A stretch of DNA of 64,000 nt from Eledone cirrhosa (taxonomy: Eukaryota), in assembly GCA_964016885.1 (NCBI GenBank), contig OZ024742.1, positions 96,844,001 through 96,908,000 on the forward strand, in the 5' to 3' direction. This document shows, one piece after another, positions 1-14,275 of the stretch (its first letter is position 1; every line of letters starts with the position of its first letter). A program made the position numbers and the translations under genes. Under the pieces are notes generated by a model, which was not told the origin of the DNA, searched no databases, and worked only from the letters and a program-made list of their open reading frames with translations.

Positions 1-3000
1 CCAAGCACCAGTATCACCAACCTCGGTCATCAACAAACACCAGTATCACCAGCCCCCGTCATCACCAAGCACCCGTATCACCAACCCCCCGTCATCACCA
101 AGCACCAGTATCACCCCCCCCCGTCATCGCCAAGCACCAGTATCAGCAAACCCCCGCCATAATCAAGCACCTGTATCACCCCCCCCCCGTCATCACCAAG
201 CACCAGTATCACCAACCCCCCGTCATCACCAAGCACCAGTATCACCCCCCCGTCATCACCAAGCACCAGTATCACCCCCCCGTCATCACCAAGCACCAGT
301 ATCACCCCCCCGTCATCACCAAGCACCAGTATCACCAACCCCCGTCATCACCAAGCACCAGTATCACCAACGCCCCTTCATCACCAAGCACCAGTATCAC
401 CAACCCCCCGTCATCACCAAGCACCAGTATCACCCCCCGTCATCACCAATCACCAGTATCATCCCCCCCCCCGTCATCACCAAGCACCAGTATCACCAAC
501 CCCCGTCATCACCAAGCACCAGTATCACCACCCCCCCGTCATCACCAAGCACCAGTATCACCCCCCCCCGTCATTACCAAGCACCAGTATCACCAACGCC
601 CCTTCATCACCAAGCACCAGTATCACCAACCCCCCGTCATCACCAAGCACCAGTATCATCCCCCCCCGTCATCACCAAGCACCAGTATCACCCCCCGTCA
701 TCACCAAGCACCAGTATCACCCCCCCCCCCCCCCGTCATCACCAAGCACCAGTATCACCAACCCCCGTCATCACCAAGCACCAGTATCACCCCCCCGTCA
801 TCACCAAGCACCAGTATCACCCCCCCCCGTCATCACCAAGCACCAGTATCACCAACCCCCGTCATCACCAAGCACCAGTATCACCAACGCCCCTTCATCA
901 CCAAGCACCAGTATCACCAATCCCCCGTCATCACCAAGCACCAGTATCACCCCCCCGTCATCACCAAGCACCAGTATCACCCCCCGTCATCACCAAGCAC
1001 CAGTATCACCCCCCCCCCCCCCCCGTCATCACCAAGCACCAGTATCACCAACCCCCGTCATCACCAAGCACCAGTATCACCACCCCCCCCCGTCATCACC
1101 AAGCACCAGTATCACCCCCCCCCGTCATTACCAAGCACCAGTATCACCAACCCCCGTCATCACCTAGCACCAGTATCACCAACCCCCGTCATCACCAAGC
1201 ACCAGTATCACCCCCCCCCCGTCATCACCAAGCACCAGTATCACCAACCCCCCGTCATCACCAAGCACCAGTATCACCCCCCCCCCCGTCATCGCCAAGC
1301 ACCAGTATCAGCAACCCCCCGCCATCACCAAGCACCAGTATCACCCCCCCCCGTCATCACCAAGCACCAGTATCACCAACCCCCCGTCATCACCAAGCAC
1401 CAGTATCACCCCCCCGTCATCACCAAGCACCAGTATCACCCCCCCCGTCATCACCAAGCACCAGTATCACCCCCCCCCCCCGTCATCACCAAGCACCAGT
1501 ATCACCAACCCCCGTCATCACCAAGCACCAGTATCACCAACGCCCCTTCATCACCAAGCACCAGTATCACCAACCCCCCGTCATCACCAAGCACCAGTAT
1601 CACCCCCCCATATCACCAAGCACCAGTATCACCCCCCGTCATCACCAAGCACCAGTATCACCCCCCCCCGTCATCACCAAGCACCAGTATCACCAACCCC
1701 CGTCATCACCAAGCACCAGTATCACCACCCCCCCGTCATCACCAAGCACCAGTATCACCCCCCCCGTCATTACCAAGCACCAGTATCACCAACCCCCGTC
1801 ATCACCTAGCACCAGTATCACCAACCCCCGTCATCACCAAGCACCAGTATCACCCCCCCGTCATCACCAAGCACCAGTATCACCAACCCCCGTCATCACC
1901 AAGCACCAGTATCACCAACCCCCGTCATTACCAAGCACCAGTATCACCCCCCCGTCATCACCAAGCACCAGTATCACCAACCCCCGTCATTACCAAGCAC
2001 CAGTATCACCAACCCCCCGTCATCACCAAGCACCAGTATCACCAACCCACCGTCATCACTAAGCACCAGTATCACCACCACCCCCGTCATCACCAAGCAC
2101 CAGTATCACCAACCCACCGTCATCACCAAGCACCAGTATAACCTCCCCCCCCCGTCATCACCAAGCACCAGTATCACCAACCCCCGTCATCACCAAGAAC
2201 CAGTATCACCAACCCCCCGTCATCACCAAGCACCAGTATCACCCCCCCCCCGTCATCACTAAGCACCAGTATCATCACCACCCCCGTCATCACCAAGCAC
2301 CAGTATCACCAACCCACCGTCATCACTAAGCACCAGTATCACCACCACCCCCGTCATCACCAAGCACCAGTATCACCAACCAACCGTCATCACCAAGCAC
2401 CAGTATCACCAACCCCCCGTCATCACCAAGCACCAGTATCACCCCCCCCCGTCATCACCAAGCACCAGTATCACCAACCCCCGTCATCACCAAGCACCAG
2501 TATCACCAACCCACCGTCATCACCAAGCACCAGTATCACCAACCCCCCGTCATCACCAAGCACCAGTATCACCCCCCCACCCCGTCATCACCAAGCACCA
2601 GTATCACCAACCCCCGTCATCACCAAGCACCAGTATCACCAACCCACCGTCATCACTAAGCACCAGTATCACCCCCCCCCCGTCATCACCAAGCACCAGT
2701 ATCACCACCACCCCCGTCATCACCAAGCACCAGTATCACCAACCCCCCGTCATCACCAAGCACCAGTATCACCCCCCCGTCATCACCAAGCACCAGTATC
2801 ACCCCCCCCGTCATCACCAAGCACCAGTATCACCAACCCCCGTCATCACCAAGCACCAGTATCACCAACCCACCGTCATCACTAAGCACCAGTATCACCA
2901 CCACCCCCGTCATCACCAAGCACCAGTATCACCAACCCACCGTCATCACCAAGCACCAGTATCACCAACCCACCGTCATCACCAAGTACCAGTATCACCC

Positions 3001-6000
3001 CCCCCCCCGTCATCACCAAGCACCAGTATCACCAACCCCCGTCATCACCAAGCACCAGTATCACCAACCCCCCGTCATCACCAAGCACCAGTATCACACC
3101 CCCGTCATCACTAAGCACCAGTATCACCAACCCCCATCATCACCAAGCACCAGTATCACCAACCCACCGTCATCACCAAGCACCAGTATCACCAACCCCC
3201 CGTCATCACCAAGCACCAGTATCACCCCCCCCCCGTCATCACCAAGCACCAGTATCACCAACCCCCGTCATCACCAAGCACCAGTATCACCAACCCCCGT
3301 CATCACCAAGCACCAGTATCACCAACCCCCCGTCATCACCGAGCACCAGTATCACCAACCCCCCGTCATCACCAAGCACCAGTATCACCAACCCCCGTCA
3401 TTACCAAGCACCAGTATCACCAACCCCCTGTCATCACCAAGCACCAGTATCACCAACCCCCCGTCATCACCAAGCACCAGTATCACCAACCCCCTGTCAT
3501 CACCAAGCACCAGTATCACCAACCCCCCGTCATCACCAAGCACCAGTATCACCAACCCCCCGTCATCACCAAGCACCAGTATCAACCCCCCCCGTCATCG
3601 CCAAGCACCAGTATCACCAACCCCCGTCATCACCAAGCACCAGTATCACCAACCCCCCGTCATCACCAAGCACCAGTATCACCAACCCCCGTCATTACCA
3701 AGCACCAGTATCACCAACCTCCTGTCATCACCAAGCACCAGTATCACCAACCCCCCGTCATCACCAAGCACCAGTATCACCAACCCCCTGTCATCACCAA
3801 GCACCAGTATCACCCCCCCGTCATCACTAAGCACCAGTATCACCACCACCCCCGTCATCACCAAGCACCAGTATCACCAACCCCCCGTCATCACCAAACA
3901 CCAGTATCACCAACCCCCGTCATTACCAAGCACCAGTATCACCAAACCCCGTCATCACCAAGCACCAGTATCACCAACGCCCCGTCATCACCAAGCACCA
4001 GTATCACCAACCCCCCGTCATCACCAAGCACCAGTATCACCAACCCCCCGTCATCACCAAGCACCAGTATCACCCCCCCGTCATCACCAAGCACGAGTAT
4101 CACCAACCCCCTGTCATCACCAAGCACCAGTATCACCAACCCCCCGTCATCACCAAGCACCAGTATCACCCCCCCCCGTCATCACTAAGCACCAGTATCA
4201 CCACCATCCCCGTCATCACCAAGCACCAGTATCACCCCCCGTCATCACCAAGCACCAGTATCACCCCCCCGCCCGTCATCACCAAGCACCAGTATCACCA
4301 ACCCCCGTCATCACCAAGCACCAGTATCACCACCCCCCGTCATCACCAAGCACCTGTACCCCCCCCCCCCGTCTTTACCAAGCACCAGTATCACCAACCC
4401 CCGTCATCACCAAGCACCAGTATCACCACCCCCCGTCATCACCAAGCACCAGTATCACCCCCCCCGTCATTACCAAGCACCAGTATCACCAACCCCCGTC
4501 ATCACCAAGCACCAGTATCACCAACCCCCGTCATCACCAAGCACCAGTATCACCCCCCCCCGTCATCACCAAGCACCAGTATCACAAACCCCCGTCATCA
4601 CCAAGCACCAGTATCAACAACCCCCGTCATTACCAAGCACCAGTATCACCCCCCCGTCATCACCAAGCACCAGTATCACCAACCCACCGTCATCACCAAG
4701 CACCAGTATCACCAACCCACCGTCATCACCAAGCACCAGTATCACCAACCCACCGTCATCACCAAGCACCAGTATCACCCCCCCCCCGTCATCACCAAGC
4801 ACCAGTATCACCAACCCCCGTCATTACCAAGCACCAGTATCACCAACCCCCCGTCATCACCAAGCACCAGTATCACCAACCCACCGTCATCACTAAGCAC
4901 CAGTATCACCACCACCCCCGTCATCACCAAGCACCAGTATCACCACCACCCCCGTCATCACCAAGCACCAGTATCACCAACCCACCGTCATCACCAAGCA
5001 CCAGTATCACCAACTCACCGTCATCACCAAGCACCAGTATCACCCCCCCCGTCATCACCAAGCACCAGTATCACCAACCCCCGTCATCACCAAGCACCAG
5101 TATCACCAACCCCCCGTCATCACCAAGCACCAGTATCACCCCCCCCCCGTCATCACTAAGCACCAGTATCACCACCACCCCCGTCATCACCAAGCACCGG
5201 TATCACCAACCCACCGTCATCACTAAGCACCAGTATCACCACCACTCCCGTCATCACCAAGCACCAGTATCACCAACCCACCGTCATCACCAAGCACCAG
5301 TATCACCAACCCCCCGTCATCACCAAGCACCAGTATCACCCCCCCCCCCGTCATCACCAAGCACCAGTATCACCAACCCCCGTCATCACCAAGCACCAGT
5401 ATCACCAACCCACCGTCATCACCAAGCACCAGTATCACCAACCCCCCGTCATCACCAAGCACCAGTATCACCCCCCCCGTCATCACCAAGCACCAGTATC
5501 ACCAACCCCCGTCATCACCAAGCACCAGTATCACCAACCCACCGTCATCACTAAGCACCAGTATCACCCCCCCGTCATCACCAAGCACCAGTATCACCAC
5601 CACCCCCGTCATCACCAAGCACCAGTATCACCAACCCCCCGTCATCACCAAGCACCAGTATCACCCCCCCCCCGTCATCACCAATCACCAGTATCACCCC
5701 CCCCCCCCCGTCATCACCAAGCACCAGTATCACCAACCCCCGTCATCACCAAGCACCAGTATCACCAACCCACCGTCATCACTAAGCACCAGTATCACCC
5801 CCCCCGTCATCACCAAGCACCAGTATCACCCCCCCCCCCGTCATCACCAAGCACCAGTATCACCAACCCCCGTCATCACCAAGCACCAGTATCACCCCCC
5901 CGTCATCACCAAGCACCAGTATCACCAACCCCCGTCATCACCAAGCACCAGTATCACCAACCCCCGTCATCACCAAGCACCAGTATCACCAACCCCCCGT

Positions 6001-7130
6001 CATCACCAAGCACCAGTATCACCAACCCCCCGTCATCACCAAGCACCAGTATCACCAACCCCCGTCATTACCAAGCACCAGTATCACCAACCCCCTGTCA
6101 TCACCAAGCACCAGTATCACCAACCCCCCGTCATCACCAAGCACCAGTATCACCAACCCCCTGTCATCACCAAGCACCAGTATCACCAACCCCCCGTCAT
6201 CACCAAGCACCAGTATCACCAACCCCCCGTCATCACCAAACACCAGTATCAACCCCCCCCGTCATCGCCAAGCACCAGTATCACCAACCCCCGTCATCAC
6301 CAAGCACCAGTATCACCAACCCCCCGTCATCACCAAGCACCAGTATCACCAACCCCCGTCATTACCAAGCACCAGTATCACCAACCCCCTGTCATCACCA
6401 AGCACCAGTATCACCAACCCCCCGTCATCACCAAGCACCAGTATCACCAACCCCCTGTCATCACCAAGCACCAGTATCACCCCCCCCCGTCATCACTAAG
6501 CACCAGTATCACCACCACCCCCGTCATCACCAAGCACCAGTATCACCAACCCCCCGTCATCACCAAACACCAGTATCACCAACCCCCGTCATTACCAAGC
6601 ACCAGTATCACCAAACCCCGTCATCACCAAGCACCAGTATCACCAACGCCCCGTCATCACCAAGCACCAGTGTCACCAACCCCCCGTCATCACCAAGCAC
6701 CAGTATCACCAACCCCCCGTCATCACCAAGCACCAGTATCACCCCCCCCCCCCGTCATCACCAAGCACCAGTATCACCAAGCCCCCGTCATCACCAAGCA
6801 CCAGTATCACCCCCCCGTCATCACCAAGCACCAGTATCACCACCATCCCCGTCATCACCAAGCACCAGTATCACCAACCCACCGTCATCACCAAGCACCA
6901 GTATCACCAACCCACCGTCATCACTAAGCACCAGTATCACCACCATCCCCGTCATCACCAAGCACCAGTATCACCAACCCCCCGTCATCACCAAGCATCA
7001 GTATCACCCCCCCCCCCCCGTCATAACTAAGCACCAGTATCACCACCATCCCCGTCATCACCAAGCACCAGTATCACCAACCCACTGTCATCACCAAGCA
7101 CTCGTGATCGCCAACCCCTGTCATGACCAA
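1..7130. repeat. Satellite/minisatellite array, ~30-35 bp unit GTCATCACCAAGCACCAGTATCACC plus variable (AA)C-run; runs off the left edge
   Basis: Near-invariant 25-bp core repeated continuously, separated by C-runs of variable length; degenerates at ~7085-7130. Confidence 0.98.
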
Positions 7131-7589
7131 CACCATATCTAATACAAACTATTTTTGATCACCTCACAACCACACCCTTTCTACCTCCAAAGCAATCCCG
7201 TTCCACTTCACAAATATTTGTCTCTCAGAGTCCTTATCAACACTTTTACATACACTCTACTTTTACATACAATCTGTATGATTCTGATGTTTAAATATCT
7301 AAATAATTAAACATTTCTCCATTTTTAGGACATATCTCTGTGCCAAGGTGGCCTGGGTATTTAGCACCCTAAACTCACTCTACAATGCTTTCCCCCTTTT
7401 CCCAGTTATGTACCTCATACTCTCAAATGAAATATCTCAATTTTACCAAGTTGACTAACTTAGTTTTTTACACTTTTTGAACTGCACCCTAGATGGAAAC
7501 CTAACTATACTTAGTGATGTGCCAGCCCTAAGAATCAGCAATGAATACAATTTTCTTGGTCTAATCTGACAATTGACTCTTTTCATTTC

Positions 7590-8130
7590 CTGTATCACTC
7601 AATTTGTTAACATACATGTGATTTCTTTTTCAATCTCCACACCTACCAAGCAACCATTCCATTTTTCAATACTTGTTATTTTAAGAAATTATCATTATTA
7701 TTATTAAATTCTCATTTTCGCCACACTGTATCATTTAATTTTTTAACCTGCGTGTGTTTCATTCAAATTTCACGTCCGCTTCTCCAGAAATCCCTCCATT
7801 TTCAATAGACATTATTTTAGCCATACTGTATCACTTCACTTGCTAACAACATACATGTGTATGTTTTATTCAATTTCACATTTTCTTCCCCTGCAATTTC
7901 TTCATTTTTCAATAGTCATTATTTTAGCCACACTATATATCACTTCACTTGCTAACATACGTGTGTTTTATTCAAACTTCATGGCTGCTTCCCCTGCAAT
8001 CCCTCCACTTTTTGCTAATATCTATGTGTGTTTTATTTAAATTTCACGTCTGTTTCCCCTACAATCCCCTTCATATTTCAATAGTCATTATTTTAGCCAC
8101 GCCGTATCACTTCACTTGCTAACATCTTTC
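7590..8130. repeat. Diverged tandem repeat, unit ~100-170 bp
   Basis: TCAATAG(T/A)CATTATTTTAGCCA...TATCACTTCACTTGCTAACA recurs at ~7803, ~7909 and ~8079, with weaker copies upstream. Confidence 0.7.
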
Positions 8131-8816
8131 ACAATTTATTGCTTCCAAATTCACTAAATTCTCTCATAAAAGATATATTTCCTCTCTTTATAGATTTGCC
8201 GTTTTCATTTGTATATTTTTCAATATTTTTTATACACTTGCTGGTTTATATTCATTTTAATTTTGTTATACTTTTTATTAAATCCACTCCCTTCTCTTTC
8301 TCTCCCTTCATGTGTATGAGTTTGTTACTGTATGTGCATGAGTATATTACTGATTGTGTGTGTGAGAGAGTATGTATAAAGTGAGTTCATAACTTTTTGT
8401 GTGTGTATATGTGGGGATGTTTTTAAAATATTTTGCTTGATTTTATTTTGATTTTTTAATACTTTTTACAATTATTTGCAGTTGTTTTTGTTCAAGATTA
8501 CTTTATTGAGGAAAATGGGTTTGGGTAGGGATGATTGAGGCAGGGATGGTGTGGGTCACAAAATTTAATATCTTTGGTGTTTGTTTCAAATATTGGTAAC
8601 AGAATCTCTGTGAGGCTCATGGTGGTTGTCATGATGAAGATGTTGGTAATGATGGTAGTAGTGATTGTTGTGGTGGTACTGGTGACATATGTAAATCTAT
8701 ATGTGTGTATGTGTGTAGTCTGAGTGTGCGTGTTATTTAGTGAATACATGATTCTATCTCTCTCCCTCTCTTTCTTCAAGTATGTGTATATAAATGTTTG
8801 AATATAAATGGCCTTG

Positions 8817-8819
<3 letters not shown>

Positions 8820-8895
<76 letters not shown>

Positions 8896-8934
8896 GTATA
8901 TATATATAAATGTATATATATATATATGTATATA

Positions 8935-8965
<31 letters not shown>

Positions 8966-9002
8966 GTTTATATATATATGTATATATATAGATATATATA
9001 TG

Positions 9003-9051
<49 letters not shown>

Positions 9052-9105
9052 GTATATATATATAAATCTATATATATATAAATGTATATATATATATGTA
9101 TATAG
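8820..9105. repeat. (TA)n/(TATG) microsatellite
   Basis: Direct inspection. Confidence 0.95.
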
Positions 9106-9107
9106 AT

Positions 9108-9757
9108 AAGAGGGATCAGATGTTGTTTACTCGAGAGAAGGCTACGTTGGTATGGACACGTGATGCGCATGAAAGTCGATAGCTGTATAACAAAGTGCAG
9201 GGCAATAAAGATAGACGGTAGTCACGGAATAGGCAGACCTAGGAAAACCTGGGACGAGCTGATAAACTCCGACATCACACACTTACACCTCTCCAAGACA
9301 ATGTCACTGGACCGAGACCTTTGGCGGTACTCAGTAACAGAGAAGACCCGCCTTACCTAAATATATAGTAAAACCTACTCCAGCCAGTAGGCATCTCTAA
9401 CAAAATACACCCCGTCCCACCACCCCCGCCCCCACCCCATCCACACCACCCCGTTCTATGTAAAGTTATGTTGGTGCCGCGCCATCGAGGCCGAAACAAA
9501 TGAGATCGTGTAGGTGTCACGACAAAAAAACACACAGTCCACGCTGTAATGTGGCCGTGTAGGCAACACGGTAAAAACCTCCCAGACCCACACTGTAAAT
9601 GTGGTTGGTGTTAGGAAGGGCATCCAACTGTAGAAAACCTGCCAGACAGTCCTATGCGAGCAAGACAATCACTCTTGCCTCAAGTGGGACTACCCCCGTC
9701 CAAACCCATGCAAGCGTGGAACACGGACGTTAAACGTTGATGATGATGATGATGATG
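9108..9757 (+). mobile_element. RTE-clade LINE 3' fragment (C-terminal ORF remnant, 3' UTR, (GAT)n tail)
   Basis: Translates as [12 protein letters not shown]...GRPRKTW...DRDLWR, typical of an RTE C-terminus; closely matches the reverse complement of 19310-19560; ends GGACGTTAAACGTT(GAT)n. Confidence 0.85.
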
Positions 9758-9860
9758 ATATATATGTATATATATATATATATGTATATATATGTATATA
9801 TATATAAATGTATATATATATATATATGTATATATATATGTATATATATATATATGTATA

Positions 9861-9901
<41 letters not shown>

Positions 9902-9982
9902 GTATATATATATATATGTGTATATGTGTATATATATATATGTGTATATGTGTATATATATATATGTATATATATATATTTG

Positions 9983-10013
<31 letters not shown>

Positions 10014-10040
10014 GTATATATATATGTATATATATGTATA
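9758..10040. repeat. (TA)n/(TATG) microsatellite
   Basis: Direct inspection. Confidence 0.95.
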
Positions 10041-10179
10041 TCATTTTACGTCCGCTTTTCCCTGCTTGCAAGGGTTGGACGGGTCCTATTCAGCACAGCA
10101 TCTCTTCACTTGTCAAGGTCCGTCGTAATCTGCTCAGTGAGTTTCAGCGATCCGAGGTCTACTCTAACCACCTCCGCCC

Positions 10180-10180
<1 letters not shown>
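10041..10180 (-). mobile_element. Short RTE LINE 3' terminal fragment
   Basis: Similar to the 3' end of the RTE at 60360-60505 (GGACGGGTCCTATTCAGCACAGCAT shared). Confidence 0.75.
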
Positions 10181-10212
<32 letters not shown>

Positions 10213-10215
<3 letters not shown>

Positions 10216-12722
10216 TGGGTCCTCGATATACGGTAGTTCTTTATCCGGTAAATTCACAGATACGGTTTTGGGTAATTACTACCATCAATTCTATTTACTG
10301 TAAAAAAATTCACAGATACGGGTTTTGGTCGTATTTTGTTTATATTGTACCATAGCGCCACCTGTTGTAAGCAATAAATTTCCCCTTGAGTTCGTGGAAA
10401 CTGACTGTTATTCGAATTCTAGGAAAATTGTGTTACTACTGTTATCGTACTAACTGACCTTACCGAGAAACTGGCCAATCATGAGCGAGCCCAGATATCA
10501 TTGGATGACGTCATAACTATTAACTGATCACTTCAGTTCGGTAAACTAGCGTGTCCTCTCAGTGAGAGAATTTTTGCCGAACTGAAGTGATCAGTTAAGA
10601 GTTACGACGTCATTCAAAGTAAGAGAAATCCCGAGGACGTGTTTTTGGAGCATAATTATCACGGCATATCTTATAACCCCATATCTCATGGCCCCAAACG
10701 TCCTGCGAATATTGCTGATGCAGATGGAAAGGCCAAACGCATGAGCAAGAGTCTGACTTTGTAGATAAAGCTGGACATTTTGAACAGAGGCAAGGTACGT
10801 CTGCCATAAGTCGTAACTTAGGCCTAGCCCAATCTACAGTCTGGACTGTTTTAAAAAATACTGAGACTGTAAAAAAGGCTGGGGAGAATGCTACGAGTCT
10901 ACAGAGTAAATTGTTGACCAAAGATCGTGAGCAGATTATGGATAGGATGGAAAGGTTGCTCAAAATTTGGATCAACGACCAAAATTGTCAAAATATGCCT
11001 CTGTCTTTAAATGTAATGAGTGAGAAAGCATTGCTCATTATTGACAGGCTCAAGACTGAAATGGGGGTGGAGGACTTTGTATTCAAGGCAAGCAAAGGCT
11101 GTTTTGATAAGTTCAAACGACGTTCGAGTCTTCAGAACATTAAAGTTACAGGTGAGGCTGCCAGTTCCGACAAAGAGAGTGCTGAAAAATTCAAGGCAGA
11201 GTTAGAGAAATGCAGAGAAGAGGTACAGCAAAAAAGAGGTTATTAATTATGATGAAACGGGAATTTATTGGAAAAAGATGACCAGTAATAATTATATTGA
11301 CAAGGAGGGGAAAAGTGCGAAGGGGTTCAAAGCCTCAAAGTACCGCGTTACTCTGTTACTTGGAGAGAATACAGAATGAGATTTAAAGCTAAAGCCACTC
11401 ATTACCTACCATTCTGAAACTCCAAGAGCACTCAAGGAAACTCCAAGAGCACTTTAGCAATACCTACAAGTGATATAGAAGTCTAATAAGAAGGCATGGC
11501 TGATCACTTCAATTCACCAGGATTTTTTCATCTCATATATGTCACCAACCCTTAAGGAATATGCATTAGCTAACAACATTGCCAACCATTTTCTGCTATT
11601 AGTGGACAATGCCCCCAGCCACCCACGGGCAATGGACGACTGGTCAGAAAATATTTAGGTTTTGTTTCTCCCCCCCCCCCCCCAAACACCACAGCTCTCA
11701 TTCAGCCGATGGATCAAACAGTCATCAAAACATTTAAGGCGTACTACCAGCGGAGAACCATGCAGCAGGTGATAAAGGGCACAGATGGGCTTGACAGGCC
11801 AACGATCAGGGAATGGTGGAAATTGTACAACATCAAGCAGGGCTTAGACAACATCAAGGCATCATGGGAAGAAGTGAAGCAGTCTACCATGAACTTGGAC
11901 TGGAAGAAATTATGGCCAGCATGTGTGAATGACTTCCAAGGCTTTGCTGAGGACATTGGTGCGATAAAAAAAAGATATTGTAAATCTCTGCCATAGAACT
12001 GGCTTCGATGGTGTTAATGTTGATGATGTGTAAGACCTTTTGGAAAGCCACGCTGAACGACTCTCCAATGATGAACTCATAGAACTAGACAAGGTGATAC
12101 AGAAGACAGAAAAAGAAGAGGAGGAGGAAGAGGAACCTGTGCGTGGCTTGGACATAAAAACTCTAAGGGAATGTCTCGAGAGTATCGAAACAATCTTAGA
12201 AACCCTGAAGGAGCGTGACCCCCAACCATGCTAGGAACAGCAAAGTGACTCAAGACGTCGAGAAAAACGTCAAGATATACCAAGAAATGTATGAAGCCAA
12301 AAGAAACACCACCAAACAGTCCTCCATCTACTCTTTCTTCAAGCCAGTCACACCTGCGAACCGTGCTACAGCTGGCCCTTCAACATCTACTGCAGTCAAC
12401 GAGTTTGTAGGTTTTGAGCCTCCCATATCACCCTCATCCTCCCCTGCCAAGTCAGCCCAAGATGAGTAAGGGATGAAACCAATACTGTCCCTTAGCCTCG
12501 GGAGGGACAAATGAAGAGGCACATCATCTGATGGACTATGCTGCATGTGTAAGGTACAGTGAATAAAAAAAAAACATTATTTCTTTTCTGTGTGTATGAC
12601 TTTTTCGATGTGCTGGAACGCATCCATGTCTATTTCATGTTATAATGGGTTCTTTATATGGTAATTCAATATACAGTAAGGGTTTCATGAATGCATATAT
12701 ACCGTATATCGAGGACTCACTG
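10213..12722 (+). mobile_element. Full-length Tigger/pogo (Tc1/mariner superfamily) DNA transposon, 2510 bp, inactive
   Basis: 23-bp TIRs CAGTGGGTCCTCGATATACGGTA / TACCGTATATCGAGGACTCACTG (1 mismatch); TA flanks; internal transposase remnant. Confidence 0.93.
10688..12469 (+). pseudogene. Tigger/pogo transposase pseudogene (CENP-B-type HTH + DDE_1), frameshifted
   Basis: Motifs MERLLKIWI, FKASKGCFDKFKRR, GEAAS, NYDETG, LLVDNAPSHP, PMDQTVIKTFK, WKKLWP split over several frames with stops. Confidence 0.88.
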
Positions 12723-12753
<31 letters not shown>

Positions 12754-12785
12754 ATATAAGTATATATATATATATATATATACAG

Positions 12786-12816
<31 letters not shown>

Positions 12817-12837
12817 TATATATATATCATAATTTTT

Positions 12838-13191
12838 CATCATTTTACGTCCACTTTTCCTTGCTTGCAAGGGTGGGACGGAAACTGATTCTGGCTTGAT
12901 TTCTACAGCTGGATGCCCTTCCTAACACCAACCTCATTTACAGTGAGAGCTGTGTGCTTTTTTTCTGTGGCACCTACATGTCCCCTTTACAGTGTGGGCT
13001 GGGTGCTTTTTTTGCCATCGCACCTCCACGACCACCCGGTCCTATAATCTCATTTCTACAGATGAGTTTACTGGAGCAATGTGAAATAAAGTGTTTTGCT
13101 CAAGGAAACAACACATGACCCGGTCTGAAAATTGAACTCACAACCTTTCGATTACAAGGCTAATGCTCTAACGACTAGGCCATGCGCCTTC
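12838..13191 (-). mobile_element. tRNA-derived SINE, family A (CORE-like centre, RTE-derived tail)
   Basis: Head with A box (TGGCCTAGTCG) and B box (GAGTTCAATT); CCTTGAGCAAAACACTT...CTGTAGAAATG resembles the CORE domain; tail matches the RTE 3' end; further copies in window. Confidence 0.85.
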
Positions 13192-13357
13192 ATATATATA
13201 TATATACAAATAAATAGAGAGATAGTGGGGTCGAGAGGCATTCCATCCAACACTCCAGCAAATCTATCAATTTGCTGGAGCATACATATCCTCAGTTTAT
13301 AATTGGTACATATTTTACCTTTTTCTGATTGATAAAACCTTAGTGAGATTTGAACTC

Positions 13358-13420
<63 letters not shown>

Positions 13421-14159
13421 CATTTATTATAATAGACACTGCCTACAATCTTTGAATTAAATTAGAAAATGATGAAGAATTTGCATGGACTTAGTAAAAT
13501 AAGCTGGTGTTTGAAACATAATTTAAGGTTTTTAAAAAAAGATTAATGGAATGCTTTTACATAAATATAAACACTTGAAAATAAAATGTCTTGTAAAATA
13601 GAATTAGAGCTAGTTACAAGCAGTTTTGTATTAAAATGGTTAGTCCATTCATTACCATATATCTATTAAAAGATAGTCCCTAATATTTTCAATTAATTTT
13701 GAAAATAATCAAAAATATAGAGATTTGATATATCTAACTTTCCCATTCTTAAAGTGTTCTTTGGAACATAACTTAACAAAAGTTCTTACTTAAAATTATG
13801 ATGGGAGATTTTCAGATAATACTTTTAAATAATGCCCTGTAATGTAGATGCAGGAGTGGTTTTAGATGATTTGTTTTCAAAAGGCTTAATCTGACATGCT
13901 AATATTTCCACCTTCCTAACTATTATTAAATTGTTTTTAATACCTTTTTAGAAGAAATTCAAACATTTCAAGGAAAGGATTAAATCAATCCAATATCTTG
14001 TCTTGTATTTATTATTTCATTGATCGCAAAGGGAATGTGTATTAACACTTTATTTGCCATACGTTCTCCTTATGAAAAACTTCTAATGTGTTTCAAATAA
14101 TTTTGCAAATAATCAAATTTCATGAATGATATTTTCATAATTTATCTTGAGTTTTGGTG

Positions 14160-14275
14160 CAGGTGCATGGCTTTGTGGTTATGGTATTCATTCCACAATC
14201 GTATGTTTGTGAGTTTGATTGCCAGTGATGTATTGTGTTCTTGGGAAAGACAATTTATTTCACATTGCTCCAAGA
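14160..14275 (+). mobile_element. Degenerate SINE family A head fragment
   Basis: GGTGCATGGCTTTGTGGTTA...GTGAGTTTGAT...CTTGGGAAAGACAATTTATTTCACATTGCTCCA matches family A. Confidence 0.6.

Noticed and set aside
1-7130. CRISPR array or repetitive protein (VILVLGDDGG / PVITKHQYH ORFs)
   Set aside because: The spacers are only short C-runs, there are no cas genes, the context is eukaryotic, and variable C-run length breaks every reading frame
8754-10355. Long [12 protein letters not shown] ORFs here and throughout the window
   Set aside because: Translations of dinucleotide microsatellites that happen to lack stop codons
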